A stretch of DNA of 64,000 bases from Macrostomum hystrix (GCA_950097015.1 CATNEN010000007.1:1488001-1552000); one strand, 5' to 3'. Positions 12,887 to 26,940 are shown, counted from the first letter of the stretch. Numbers and translations are program-made. The notes: generated from the letters alone by a model not told the origin.

Positions 12887-15111
12887 AACATTTATTCTTA
12901 CGAGTAGAAAACAGAATCCGATTTTATTCGGATCAAATCAAAGTTTTTTCATGGGAGTGGCTGCAATCAAAGCTTCTCTCAAATATTTTGACTCCAACTT
13001 TATTAGTTGAACAATTTTTTTCCCATTCTAAAAGATCCACATTTTGATTCCATCATAATAGAAAAGAAATTAATTAGTCCTAAAAAATGATTACATTCCG
13101 TCATGTTCTTTGCAGGGCCAAATACATGGCGGATTTCATGCTGGTAGTTCATTGCGGCCAGTCAGTCAGTCAGTTACGCAACCGGAACAGCTTCAGTCAT
13201 TGTGCAGGGCTAGATGGGGGTAGAGAGAAGTCACACAGATAGCAATTGTTAACCTGGGCGGGTGGGGCGGAAGATGAGCATAGACTCAAGACAGAGGCGA
13301 ATCAAAAGCAGTATTTGATGAAAAAGTCATAGTCAGAATTGGGCAAGATAGAACTGAATTGCATTATTAAATTGAAAATAATGTATATTCATCGCACGCT
13401 CATCGACCTAGCAACAAACAAACTGGAGCGAAAAAAACAGTAGGAAAAATCAAATTATCAGCTCACACCACTATATTCCTAGGGGTTCATTGATAAAGTT
13501 TTAAACAACCTGTTTATACCAATTATAGGCCGTATTCAATGGGAAGTTTGGCGAAAGTGGGAAATGGAATCGAACAATAGTTGAGAATGATGGCGATAGG
13601 TTCGGTTTGGGAGATTGATGGAAAACTGAATGAATGCAGGAATTGTGTTTTTGTCCCGGACAGCAATACCTAGCGAGAGACAATAGGACTTATGGATGAT
13701 TTGGGATCAGAGAGAATTCAGGCTTGGCCTGATGTCTGATTGTGCTCAACTTGATTTCGGTCTGTTGGGATGAATTTGGGTCAGTCAGTGAGGTCTGCAT
13801 GCGGGAACCAGCAGAAGTCCCGAACAATTAATTCCCAACTTTTCCCCAAAAATATGCGAATTTTTTGGCATCGGAGGGAGAAAATAGTTCTGGAGACGAA
13901 ATCTCCCAAATAACTTCTAGCTTTGATTTTTTGGGGAAATGCAAATTGAGATTGCCTGCACGTGTCCAAGAGCCCGCAGGGGCAAAGACTGCAGATTTGA
14001 AAAGTCAAGAGCTAGCGAGTTAGAAATTGTCCCATTGTAGAGAAGACAGATTAAGAAAGCAACACAATGCAAAATGCAACAAAATCTTATCATATCTGCT
14101 GGTGGTGGCAGCCAATGGTGAAAAAAGTTCTATCTTCAAAATTTGTCTGGTTTAAAAAAAGCAATGACAAAAGTTGATGACAATCAGACCTCAACTGCTT
14201 TGTAGAAGTTCAAACTGCTTTATTACTGTTATTTGATTCTGTTATCAAATATAAATCATTGCAGGAAATCTTAGCGCACGTGACTTTAGTAATAAGAAAA
14301 TGGTTTCCTTTCGTCGAGGTCAAGTGCTTTGTTGGAAAATTAGTAGTCAATTCGTGTAAAGCATCGGTCAATTCAGGTGTACATGAGATAGCAATGTATA
14401 GACACATGGACACACGGCGTTAGTGTTTGCTGTGACCCTGAGGCGCAATATCTAAGCCTTATTGCCTATGCATAAGACTCAGAGCAATATCAAACAATAT
14501 TCTTGTCTCCGGGGCGAAGTTGGTGCAAAAAGTTTTCGAAATTTCCTTCTTCTTCTTCTGCAGGCTAAACTGGAGCCCACGGTAACAGAAATCAAGCATT
14601 AATAATGAACTGGGGTCAGCTGTTTGCTGTTTAGATCAATTCTGAGCAGGTGATCGTGTCATCATCGCCGCAGAGTTTTCACCTCTTCAGAAATCGCCGA
14701 CCCTTTAGGAAACAGGCAATCACGGTTGAATCTGTTTCTTAGAAGGAAGCGCAAGTTGTTGGCGGCGACAAAATCAATCGATAATCGATGACTAAAATTT
14801 CTCTCTCTCTGTCTCATAAAATTGCCGCTGGGCCCAATCTCCGGGCGGTTGCTGACGGACTCAATTGAAGGTTGTCGCGAAGTCCTCTTGACTATAGAAG
14901 GCCCCGTGTGGGGTGGCTTTTCTTCCAGGTTTTCAGTCTTGGCAAGCAACTGAAATTAAATTCTGCTCCTAGCAGAGAAAATCGATGACCTCCTGTTCGT
15001 TTCTCATCAGCTGCGACTTAGTCAGAAAGTCGGTTCTGCAGAATGTTTTTAGCCTGACCCATTAGATCCCAAATCACTGCAGTGATCTCATAATTTTTGT
15101 TTCCGTAAATC

Positions 15112-15348
15112 CTTGTCTGTCCCACCAGATCCCTAAATATCTGTCCCTCCAGATCCCAAAATATCTGTCCCACCAGATCCCAAAATATCTGTCCCACCAG
15201 ATCCCAAAATATCTGTCCCTCCAGATCCTAAAATATCTGTCCCACCAGATCCCAAAATATCTGTCCCATCAGATCCTAAAATATCTGTCCCACCAGATCC
15301 CAAAATATCTGTCCCACCAGATCCCAAAATATCTGTCACCAGATGCTA
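15112..15348. repeat. 24-bp minisatellite atctgtcccaccagatcccaaaat, with decayed units continuing to about 15480
   Basis: Directly visible; TDILGSGG ORF. Confidence 0.93.
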
Positions 15349-16627
15349 AAACATTTTCCCAGCAGATCCCAAAAATATGTTTCTTATAAGGTCCTAAAAG
15401 ATTTGGCCCTATAGATCCCAAAATGTGTGTCCTTTTTCTGTCCCATTAGATCCCCAAACATCGTTCTAATCAGATCCCAAAATTCCAGTTTCCTTATGAT
15501 TTCTCTATTTTAAGATCCAAAGTTTTACCTTCGATTTAGATTCAAAGAAATTATCCCATTTTAAATGGTGGTCAACTCATTATTGTTATTGTATTATTGT
15601 TGTTGTCTGCAACTATGTTCCAAGCTGCAAACTACAAAACGGGATAATGCATAATAAAGTTAGGGATATTTTTCCCACGTGAGAGCCGGATGCAGTCGCG
15701 TGTTGAATTGGCCCCTCACGGAAAGATCCCCAAACAAATATTTGTGTCTCCGAGGCCGCAGCAGAGAGTCCAATTGAAGATTCTTTTAGAAGAGAGTTGG
15801 GCAAGAGCCCCTTATAATTTTTTTCACTTTAAGTATAGAGTAGAGGGAGAGTAGCGGTGAGTAGGACGGGGGTCAGGCGGTTCCCGGTGACCAGGGCAGG
15901 CATGTGCCGCCCAGTCCCTGTCCCCTCACTATACTGAATTCACGAGAATACGGAGCAGCCTCACGCCTGACTGATAAAGTGAAGAGACAAAAGTTTTTTT
16001 TGGATAGAAAGAGACATTGCGCCATGCAGACACGAGAGCCAAATGTCTTTTAATCCCAAACAGTGTCTGTCCGTGTCTGCAAAAAAGCACGCCATTTTTG
16101 GCTTCTTCGAGTGGGTAAGATGGGACCCGCCTAGAGATAGGAGGCAAATGCCAGGTGCGGCACGGCGCGTCACTGCTGAGTTCACGTCCATATCTATGCT
16201 CAAAGAGGATGAGTACTAAAAGCACTAGGTCGCGATGCGGCAACATGTGTCCATTTGCTTTTGTTCTGCAGTCGTTGATTTATAAAAAAAGCAGACTTTG
16301 AGACAGGCACAAATCGAGATCTAGATCCTGTCCGATAAGAAGTTCCAATTTGTGAAATCAGTCTGCTTAGTAAGCTTATATAGTAAGAAATCAGTGCACC
16401 TTTCCTACCATAGTTGCACAGCCTCATTCATCGGGATTTAGTTTGTGCATTGTTAATCATGTCTGAGCTGTCTTATTCAGCATTGCTTGGTCACAGCTCC
16501 CGGAAGCTGTCTTTCACATTCTGCTTGCAGGTAGGAGGGAGGGAATGGGAATTCACTTTTGGAGTGTTGTGACCAGTTGTTGTTTAGCACTGGGTGACGG
16601 CTTGGAGTGCAGAACGGTAGGAGGAGA

Positions 16628-17570
16628 GATAGGTGAGCGGGAGAGATGGGTGAGCGGGAGAGATGGGTGAGCGGGAGAGATGGGTGAGCGGGAGAGATGG
16701 GTGAGCGGGAGAGATGGGTGAGCGGGAGAGATGGGTGAGCGGGAGAGATGGGTGAGCGGGAGAGATGGGTGAGCGGGAGAGATGGGTGAGAGGGACAGAT
16801 GAGTGAGAGGGAGAGATGGGTGAGCGGGAGAGATGGGTGAGAGGGAGAGATGGGTGAGAGGGAGAGATGGGTGAGCGGGAGAGATGGGTGAGAGGGAGAG
16901 ATGGGTGAGAGGGAGAGATGGGTGAGAGGGAGAGATGGGTGAGCGGGAGAGATGGGTGAGAGGGACAGATGGGTGAGAGGGACAGATGGGTGAGCGGGAG
17001 AGATGGGTGAGAGGGAGAGATGGGTGAGCGGGAGAGATGGGTGAGAGGGACAGATGGGTGAGAGGGACAGATGGGTGAGAGGGACAGATGGGTGAGCGGG
17101 AGAGATGGGTGAGCGGGAGAGATGGGTGAGAGGGAGAGATGGGTGAGAGGGAGAGATGGATGAGAGGGAGAGATGGGTGAGAGGGAGAGATGGGTGAGAG
17201 GGAGAGATGGGTGAGCGGGAGAGATGGGTGAGAGGGACAGATGGGTGAGAGGGACAGATGGGTGAGCGGGAGAGATGGGTGAGCGGGAGAGATGGGTGAG
17301 AGGGAGAGATGGGTGAGAGGGAGAGATGGATGAGAGGGAGAGATGGGTGAGAGGGAGAGATGGGTGAGAGGGAGAGATGGGTGAGCGGGAGAGATGGGTG
17401 AGAGGGACAGATGGGTGAGAGGGACAGATGGGTGAGCGGGAGAGATGGGTGAGCGGGAGAGATGGGTGAGAGGGAGAGATGGGTGAGCGGGAGAGATGGG
17501 TGAGAGGGACAGATGGGTGAGAGGGACAGATGGGTGAGCGGGAGAGATGGGTGAAAGGGAGAGATGGGTT
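16628..17570. repeat. 17-bp purine-rich minisatellite gagatgggtgag(c/a)ggga
   Basis: Directly visible; 17-aa periodic ORF 16553..17635. Confidence 0.96.
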
Positions 17571-20456
17571 AGTAGGGAATCGCGTAGAAGGGTAGAGAAT
17601 TTAGGTGGTTTCAAGAATTTGATGACACAGAACAACTTTCTTAATCAGAGTCGATGATGGTTAATTACAAACCAGCCATATGGATAATATTTTATCAGCC
17701 GTTAACTAATCGAGTTTAATAATGGGGCCGGACTGCAGTTATTCAGTGAAAATCTCATATTAGATAATTGGCATGTTGGTAATTCCACTTTCACTGGCAT
17801 TCCGAAGCAGTTATCGAGTTGCAAAATACCTGCAGTGTCAAATTTCAATTTCGAGAGACTGAGAATATTAAACTCTCGCGATGCGTAAGGCACCACACAG
17901 ACGAGTGGACAATTCAAAGACAATGGGATGGGGTGAATTGAAAAGCACCTGAAGCTTCGATTCCATCCTCATCGACGCTAAATCTCTAGTGAGCACATTT
18001 TGAGTATACCAACTCAAATAGCCTATCAGTTAAGCATACGAATCTTAATTGAAAACTTTGCCTTCAAGTAGGTAAGAAGGCTGAATGCACCTCCGCAGAG
18101 GGTCAGAGTGGACAGGTGAAGCTGCTCAAGATGAAGGACGAGAGCCTCATCAGGTTTCACCTCTCTGTCCGTCAGTCTAGAATCATCTTCTCATAGGAGA
18201 AGATTCGAATCTATATAGGAAGAGTTTGGTAGACAAACCGATGGTGTGTGTGGGTGTGGGGGTCATTAGGTTAATTGATGTCTGGTATGGGAGCATGCCA
18301 CGAGAGCCACAAGCCGCTGGTCAAACATTCCCACAATGACTCCAGAGCGCGAAAAAATACCGCAAGGGATAAGGACCCGAGCATTCGAATGGCCCTGCAA
18401 ATATTTCATCTGTCACACGCGCGCGAGCGGGAACAGTTGAGATGGCATCATGCGAGAGGCTGGTCTGTCAACACAGAAGGCCTGTAGATGGTCAGTAATT
18501 TTCTCAATTTTCAAAATCTTTAACCCCCGCCCTGATCGGCTTTTGTCAATTCTTCTTAGACCCTGAAGAGCTTTGGCCACACCCCTTTATCAAACTTATT
18601 GTTCCAAATGGATCTCAAATACAATAGAAGCGACAGTTGGGGCCAGGGTGGACAAAGGGTAGAATATTCTCCGCTCACAAACCAGCCATTATGGAAGTGT
18701 TTTTCGCCGCGGACAATGCGACATTTCACCGCCAGAGAATTGATGAACGGTCAGCGGCGAGTGAGAGCGTTGATCACTCGGCTGGGAAGAATAATGACCC
18801 ATCTATTAATTGTGAAATCCCAACTCCCAATGTCGGTGGGATCAAGCACGCACACGCGGACCAGCTGTGCGGACCAAATTTTTATCACGCCGCACGCGCG
18901 CGAGAGTTGAAAATTCGAGTCAAATGCGCTTCTTAGAAAATCATCCGAGCAGCGTTCTTAATGATAGTCCAGACTCGCCGCAAACTGTTACGCACCATTG
19001 CTCACCGCAGACTCAAAACTACCATATTGCCGTATGGCTCGTGCGTGTCATTCACTTACTGCTCAAATTGACGACTATTTGAAATCCGAGAGGTGAGAGA
19101 GAAAAGTGTTGCTTCTGTCTTCTGTCTACTAGGAGAGACTGGGAGCGAGGAGGGGGGTGGGTCACGATCTGAGCCCTGATCCCCGCAGGCTTTATCCCCT
19201 CTTCAATACTCTCCTTAATTCTTCTCCTCTTTCTTCGGTCAGCTCATTTTCCTGCCACAGCAGTTGGCCGCGGTGAAAAGGCTTAGCCGGAGGGACTCAA
19301 ACTACCTGCAGCAGCAGCAGCAGCAGCAGCAGCAGCACCATGGGGAATTCATCTGGTGGGATTGGGGACTCGGAGAAATAAGAAGATTCCCTGGCTACTC
19401 TCCTTCTGCTTTAGAGGAGAAAGAGGATCGTAATCCCCTTCCCGGCAGGGTGAGCAGCCAAGCTCGCGGCCCAGGCTTATTGTCCGGTCTGATGCGGCAT
19501 TATGGAGACACAAACATTGAAACACGGCTGCGAGTGTTGTGCTATGATGCCCAAACAGTTGCTGCTGCTGCTGCTGCTGCGGAGCAAGACTTTTCCAATA
19601 ACAATCCCAAGGGGAACCGTATGATCCCATCTAATTGCGTCTTTTTGATGAATTTGTGCCTCTTTTAAAAACTTTCTTCTAGCTATATTGGCAGGCCTTC
19701 TCGTTGGTAGAAAATGGGGATTATTGTGCCGGGATGATGATGAATAAACTGCATGGCCTGCTCACTGTTTGAGTATACTTTGAAGTGTCTGGACCATGCC
19801 TGCTAATAAATTTAGCAGTGTTAATGAGTGTCGGGCTTGGAATTTGTTTTCTTTGTAAGCATCAGGTGGGGTTTGGGATCCTTGAGATTGAGGATAAATT
19901 GAGCTAAGACTGCACGGCAAACACACTCCTGCTCAGACACCAATCAGTGCTAGCTGTGGAACCCCCAAGGCCAACAGGAGAATCGATGCTTATACACTGT
20001 GTTATCATTGCAAACTGGGGCGACAAGAAGCGAGGGATTATCTTTTAGTAAGCGGCAACAGCAGCAGCAGCAGCAGGCGAGTTTTTGAGAGAGGAAATAT
20101 CTGGCAGCGCCAAAACAGATGAGAAACGGGCGGGTGGCCGCATTCCCGCATGCTTTGGGACACCAGCCTGGCTCCCGGAATGGATTTGTTCCCTCAGGTG
20201 TGTCAGGCTCGATGGGGACAAAACCTCCGAGGTGGACTGCTTAGGCAGGTTTTGGGAGGGGGAATATTTTTATACCTTAAACAGTTTTCTTCGCCTCAGA
20301 TTTCTCCCAGATCCCCATTTTCACGTGTCTATTTTTATAGGCAGCCAAGTAGGTAGTGGGGCTTAGAAAGGGGGATTAATCTCCCAATCTCTGCTAGCTC
20401 AGGGGTTGGCAGAATGCTCCCAAATCCTGCCCCCCGGTCAATTTCAAAACCTCTCA

Positions 20457-21242
20457 CTGGTGTCTCATCTCTCTGGTGTCTCATCTCTCTGGTGTCTCAT
20501 CTGTCTGGTGTCTCATCTCTCTGGTGTCTCATCTGTCTGGTGTCTCATCTCTCTGGTGTCTCATCTCTCTGGTGTCTCATCTCTCTGGTGTCTCATCTCT
20601 CTGGTGTCTCATCTCTCTGGTGTCTCATCTCTCTGGTGTCTCATCTCTCTGGTGTCTCATCTCTCTGGTGTCTCATCTCTCTGGTGTCTCATCTGTCTGG
20701 TGTCTCATCTCTCTGGTGTCTCGTCTCTCTGGTGTCTCATCTCTCTGGTGTCTCATCTCTCTGGTGTCTCATCTCTCTGGTGTCTCATCTCTCTCGTATC
20801 TCATCTCTCTGGTGTCTCATCTCTCTCGTATCTCATCTCTCTGGTGTCTCATCTCTCTGGTGTCTCATCTCTCTGGTGTCTCATCTCTCTGGTGTCTCGT
20901 CTCTCTGGTGTCTCATCTCTCTGGTGTCTCATCTCTCTGGTGTCTCATCTCTCTCGTGTCTCATCTCTCTCGTGTCTCATCACTCTCGTGTCTCATCTCT
21001 CTCGTGTCTCATCTCTCTCGTGTCTCATCTCTCTCGTGTCTTATCTCTCTCGTGTCTCATCTCTCTCGTGTCTCATCTCTCCGGTGTCTCATCTCTCTGG
21101 TGTCTCATCTCTCTGGTGTCTCATCTCTCTCGTATCTCATCTCTCTGGTGTCTCATCTCTCTGGTGTCTCATCTCTCTGGTGTCTCATCTCTCTGGTGTC
21201 TCATCTCTCTGGTGTCTCATCTCTCTGGTGTCTCATCTCTGT
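20457..21242. repeat. 16-bp minisatellite gtgtctcatctctctg, same family as 5338-6752
   Basis: Directly visible; shares the gtctcatctctc core. Confidence 0.96.
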
Positions 21243-22097
21243 TCCCTCAAAACTGTTGTAATTGAGGGAATTTTATAGTTTCAAAAATAAGAAATTCAAA
21301 TGCTTAGGAATAGGATATGTATTATGATTTAACTATCCTCTCTCATCTTCTTGGCTTTTAGTAATCTTTCTAAGAAAAGCAATTTGAATTTAAATTTAAC
21401 TTTCATCCCAGTCAGCCATTCATTTCCAAGAAATACGATTTTATCAAGATCTGATCGGCAAATTAAAAATCGTATAGGTTCAGCGCAAATGATAGCTAAT
21501 TTAATTTTACAGTTTTTTAAATTGTAGAGAGTTAAACTAAGACGGTGACTATGTTTTCGATATTTCATGACTTGACATGGTACAATTTGCAATCTCTTCA
21601 CCGTGAAGTAACTTCTATTTGCATGTCCTTTTGTACTTATAAAGAAGCTACGAAATTCACTGCATTTTGCAAGATTGTAAGAACAAACAGGCTGAAAATT
21701 TGACAACTTGTTGTTTGCACTGGAAATAATAAAAGCAAGCAAGCAATTTAAAATATAGCAATTGAATTAAAAGTGTAAAACTGAATGATTTTTCTAGAAT
21801 TATAGTTGATATAAACAGACATTCATTATGTCTCGCATAAAAAAGACATTAAATTCTTTGATTTTTTACAAACGATAGATATATATAATAGTTTCTTAGA
21901 AAAGTAGAACACAGTTTATAAAACAGAAGGTTTACAAAGCAGTTACTAAATAGACAATGCACTAAGAGAGACAAGCAATGCTGCGCTAGTTAATATATAT
22001 ATATATATATAATATGCAATTGCATAATATAAAGGTGCGAGTTATCACAATAAGAAGCTTCCATCGCTACGATTTGCAGTCACCAAGTTTCATCGCA

Positions 22098-24355
22098 TTA
22101 AACTGCCTCTGCATCGCGGCTGTCTTCAAACTGATGCTGCTGCTGATCAACAGCCGTCGACTCCATGGAATCTGCCTTGGAATCAACGTCCAGGAGGGCG
22201 TCGGAATTGAATTCAGCCGACAACGAGCCACCGGTGGTGATCTGACAGGCTGACTCCTGGTGCTTGTTCAGGTAGGATTTCAGAGCGAACGACTTGTCGC
22301 ATTTGCCGCAGCGGAATTGCTTCTCGGCCGAGTGGGTCTGCATATGCGCTCGGAGGTTGGACCGGTCGGCGAACGCCTTGCCGCAGTGCGCGCAGCCAAA
22401 CGGTTTCTCACCTGCACGATGGAGAAGATGGGAGAATGATTATGAACTGATCGGAGTTAGCCTAAATCTAACCCGAAGTTTATTTAATCTGAATCTAACC
22501 TCAAAGATTTAAATTGTCGAAATCTCACCTGTATGCGCCCTCAGGTGGCCATTGAGCAGCCACGGCCTGCTGAATGCCTTGCCGCAGATGTGGCACTTGT
22601 GCTTCAGGCTGTGCGTGAGGATGTGCATGGACAGTGCGGGCATGGAGACGTAGGTCTTGCTGCAGTGCGGGCACTTCTTTGCCAGCTGGCTGTCAAGGCT
22701 TCGGTGAGTCTGCTTGTGCCGGCTGAGGTTGCTGGAGGTGGCATAGTCCTTGCCGCACTCATTGCAGGTGTACCGGGTGCGGCACTTGGCGTCGGCAACG
22801 GCGGCGGCGTCGGTCAGGTCGCCGTATTCGGAGGCGGATCCGGCAACGGAGGCCGCGCTGGCGCCGATATGCGCCGCGTTGCGCTTCCTCGAGCGACCAT
22901 CACTGACGAAGAAGGCGTCGAAGGTGTAGCCGACTGTCACGCCGTCTTGGAAGCCGCTGTTCTTGCCCGACGACTTCCTGATGGCCTTGGCTTTGCCCGC
23001 CTGCTGCTGCTGAGGCGAATCGTCGCTCGTGTCCGGCAGGCGCGGCAGCTCGTCCTCCGTCACCTCGAGTTTCATGTCGTCGTCAACGTCGTCCACATCG
23101 TCGATGATGTAATCATCTTCCGGAGCCTCATCCGTTGCCAGCATCATCGCAGCCTCTTCCTCGTCTTCTGGCTCGGTTTTGAGTCGTTTGGCGGCTGCGG
23201 GCGAGTCGGCGACCTCCTTCTGTAGGCTGAGATCCTCGGGCAGCATCGAGAGCGACAGCGCGGCGTCCTCGGGCTGAGCCGGGCTGCGCTGCGGCGATGA
23301 TGGAGAAGCAAGGAACAACTGCTGCTGCTGCTGCTGCTGCTGCTGAGAATTTGGCGGACTCAACTGACTGTGAAGCAGCTTCATGTACTCTGTTGAATTG
23401 GGATTTCGGGTCAAGTTACGAAGCGTTACGAAAGCCTCAGAATTGTTGAAAATAACAGATGGGACTGTCAATATTATTTAGGCATGGCTAACGGTGAGTC
23501 CAGCAAACTTTATCAAGTGATTTCTCTTAAAGAGCCAAACAGCCGATGTCGCAACCTTGCCCAAGTTCCAAGTTGAGCCCACCTGTCGCGTCCATGCATC
23601 CAGTGCTCAAGATTTCATCCATGAGAGTTCTCATCTCATTTATATTTGAATGAAAAGGTGACCCGCGCCTCTAGACAAATAATAATGCATGCATAATGCA
23701 GGCTGGTCTGCTAGGCCACGCGTCCGAAAATTCTCAAGTGGCCAATCTCTTCCACGCGTGGACTGTGCCAGTGACCCAAGCCTGCAAGAGCCCAGGCATC
23801 TGTTCCACTGATTTCTTATGCTGGCCCAGCTGGGATGACCAGTGCAATCAGCGCCCTGTCTATGGCCGTGACCCCTCAGACTATGCAGATTGACTATAAT
23901 GCCTTTCCACAACTTCGCACACACGTCACGTGGACCTTGCGGGAGGCGGGATATTGTGCCACACACCGCGGGGAATATCCCAATGTAGGATCTGTTGCTG
24001 GGATATGGCCAGGTTGCAGATAAACACACACACACACACACACGGATGGACTCAACCGCTTTAGGCTTACACAATATTTATCTATGAGCTTTCAGATTGC
24101 TAGCTAAACAATGCGAGTCTCTAAGACTGTTTTAGGATAATCTGAACTCACCAATTCTCCTGGCCTCCAGCTCCGCGGCTGCGTAGGCTGAGAGAAGACT
24201 GCCTGGCGCTTGGGTGGCTGCGGCGAAAGCCATCAGCTTCGACTGGCTGACTGCCGCTGCGGCCGCTGCCGCCGCTGCCGCCGCTGCCGCCTGCTGCTGC
24301 TGCTGTTGCTGCCACCAGGCCATATAGGACAGCATGGCAGTGTAGACCTCAGCGC

Positions 24356-24389
<34 letters not shown>

Positions 24390-24650
24390 AGGGCTGAGAG
24401 CCTGGGCTGCTAGATTGGCCGGGTAGGGTAGAAACGCCAGTGCTGGGTGCTGCTGCTGCTGCTGCTGCTGTTGCAAGGCCATGACAGTTGCCGAGAAATT
24501 CGGATGCTTGACAGGATAAGACGCGATGGGAGCCACAATTGGCGGGTGGGGCGGCACTCGGCCGGTGGATGCGGCGGCTGGCGCAGCGGTTGGCACCAGC
24601 GGCACCACTCGACGGTCTCTGACATCAGCCAACAGAGTCTTGATGTCCAT
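22098..24650 (-). CDS. scrt: Scratch-family (Snail superfamily) C2H2 zinc-finger transcriptional repressor, 3 exons, 557 aa
   Basis: Exons 24650-24152, 23389-22529 and 22411-22098, with GT-AG introns of phase 1/1; total 1674 nt in frame. Five Scratch-type fingers (YTCNECGKDYATSSNLSRHKQTH...KCPHCSKTYVSMPALSMHILTH...CHICGKAFSRPWLLNGHLRAHTG|EKPFGCAHCGKAFADRSNLRAHMQTH...CDKSFALKSYLNKH). Diagnostic Scratch domain GYTFDAFFVSDGRSRKR. Exon 1 is assigned from splice phase and polyQ/polyA content rather than homology. Confidence 0.93.
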
Positions 24651-24767
24651 GGCTAGCTTAGTCTGCCGAGTTTGAGTTTGAGTTTGAGTTCGAGTTTGAG
24701 CTCTTAGAAAACTATGAAGAATTTGTTGCGGAACTTTTTAGTAAACTCCGGTCTTCAAATCGAGCGG

Positions 24768-24788
24768 TTTTATGGGGGCCGCAATTGG
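24768..24788 (-). promoter_or_regulatory. Possible core promoter of scratch (TATA-like CATAAAA, adjacent CCAAT)
   Basis: CATAAAA on the minus strand at 24774-24768, about 120 nt upstream of the ATG; CCAAT at 24788-24784. Motif-only evidence. Confidence 0.25.
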
Positions 24789-25766
24789 GAAACCTGTGGG
24801 GTGGGGCTGGCCAAGTTGTGAGATGGATGCGCCAGCCAACCATGACCCGTTTGAGTCGGTTTGGGGTGGGTGATCGTGGGGTGGGGGGCTACTCAGTGAC
24901 CGCCGCATCGGAGCTCACGAGCTCAACATGTTTAGCCAAGGGTCGCGGCGAGCAACTTGGCGCGTTGGCCAATGACAGAGAAGCTGGGGGGGTTGCTGCC
25001 GGGGCAGGTCCAGGATGTGCTTGACTGGGGCATGCTGCTCCAAGATACTCAGGCGGGTGATTCTTTAAAGATTCCGCTAAGCTTCACTTAACTGTCAAAA
25101 ACCCGTTGTTGTCATCACATTTGCTAAAACATTTGCTATTAGCACATTTTTGTTATGCATTAAATCTAGTGTGACAGTTATGTTTTTTTGGTGTCAACTT
25201 ATTCGCGCCCTAATAAATCACGTGAATCGAAATTTATGATTTCACAAATTTGTGAACACATTATTGACAGTTACACCTGTCAATCGCAATATCGTGTAAC
25301 TGTATCATATTTCTACTTTACGTTTTGTTAAGAAAAATCAAAGGCAATAAAGCATTAGAGATAGTTAACAAATTCCAGATCCCAAATCCCGCTGATTCCC
25401 CTAATCCCTTGCAATAGCTCACTCCTTAAAACTCTCAATGTGCTGTAGCTGTGGGCATCACTTTCAATGCATTGATTATTTTTCCTGACAGCTCGGGATA
25501 CAGATTGAGCCAGAGCAGTGGCAGGAATGTCAGAAAAAAAGAGAAGATTTGGGATAAGCCATTGCCGTCCCCATTAGGGATCGATAACCTGATGCTCGTG
25601 GGATCAAGAAATCGATCAGAAAGGCGGGTGGGATCAGGAAAACTTTGGGAAGGAGATATACAGAGGAATGCGAGACAGCCAAATGATGATAAGGATTTGA
25701 GAAGTTTTTGGCAGTTTTTGGGGAGTTTTAGTATTTCCAAGAAATTCTTAAAAGAGGGGAGATTTT

Positions 25767-26574
25767 GGGAAACAAGTGGCACAATCATGGGATACAAGTG
25801 GCACAATCATGGGATACAAGTGGCACAATCATGGGATAAAACTGGCACAATCATGGGATACAAGTGGCACAATCATGGGATAAAACTGGCACAATCATGG
25901 GATACAAGTGGCACAATCATGGGATACAAGTGGCACAATCATGGGAAACAAGTGGCACAATCTTGGGATACAAGTGGCACAATCATGGGATACAAGTGGC
26001 ACAATCTTGGGATACAAGTGGCACAATCATGGGATACAAGTGGCACAATCATGGGATACAAGTGGCACAATCATGGGATAAAACTGGCACAATCATGGGA
26101 TACAAGTGGCACAATCATGGGATAAAACTGGCACAATCATGGGATACAAGTGGCACAATCATGGGATACAAGTGGCACAATCATGGGAAACAAGTGGCAC
26201 AATCTTGGGATACAAGTGGCACAATCATGGGATACAAGTGGCACAATCTTGGGATACAAGTGGCACAATCATGGGATACAAGTGGCACAATCATGGGATA
26301 CAAGTGGCACAATCATGGGAAACAAGTGGCACAATCTTGGGATACAAGTGGCACAATCATGGGAAACAAGTGGCACAATCTTGGGATACAAGTGGCACAA
26401 TCATGGGATACAAGTGGCACAATCATGGGATACAAGTGGCACAATCATGGGATACAACTGGCACAATCATGGGATAAAAGTGGCACAATCATGGGATACA
26501 AGTGGCACAATCATGGGATACAAGTGGCACAATCATGGGATACAAATGGCACAATCATGGGAAACAAGTGGCAC
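25767..26574. repeat. 22-bp minisatellite gggatacaagtggcacaatcat
   Basis: Directly visible; 242-bp (11-unit) block duplication shown by identical ORF starts at 25864 and 26106. Confidence 0.96.
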
Positions 26575-26940
26575 CCTTTAGGATATGAAATGGCTCCCTC
26601 TCGGATAAGAAATGGCACCCTCTTGTAAATGAAATGGCACCCTCTTGTAAATGAAATGGAACCCTCTTGGAATAGAAATGGTACCCTCTTGTAAATGAAA
26701 TGGCACCCTCTTGTAAATGAAATGGCACCCTCTTGGAATAGAAATGGCACCCTCTTGGAATAGAAATGGCACCCTCTTGGAATAGAAATGGCACCCTCTT
26801 GGAATAGAAATGGCACCCTCTTGGAATAGAAATGGCACCCTCTCGGAATAGAAATGGCACCCTCTTGGAATAGAAATGGCACCCTCTTGGAATAGAAATG
26901 GCACCCTCTTGGAATAGAAATGGCACCCTCTTGTATAAGA
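26575..26940. repeat. 22-bp minisatellite aaatggcaccctcttggaatag
   Basis: Directly visible; contiguous with the previous array. Confidence 0.95.

Noticed and set aside
19264-19668. PolyQ-containing 134-aa ORF and other CAG/CTG tracts at 19-20 kb and 29.8-30.3 kb
   Set aside because: No domain or convincing splice context. CAG microsatellites are common in non-coding DNA throughout this window.
22533-23225. 230-aa plus-strand ORF (also 52717..53037, 46765..47058 and 61398..61652)
   Set aside because: Antisense shadows of GC-rich real exons.
23474-23485. ATG CCT AAA upstream of scratch exon 2 as a SNAG remnant (MPK)
   Set aside because: It is followed immediately by TAA and has no FLV continuation; a three-codon match is expected by chance.
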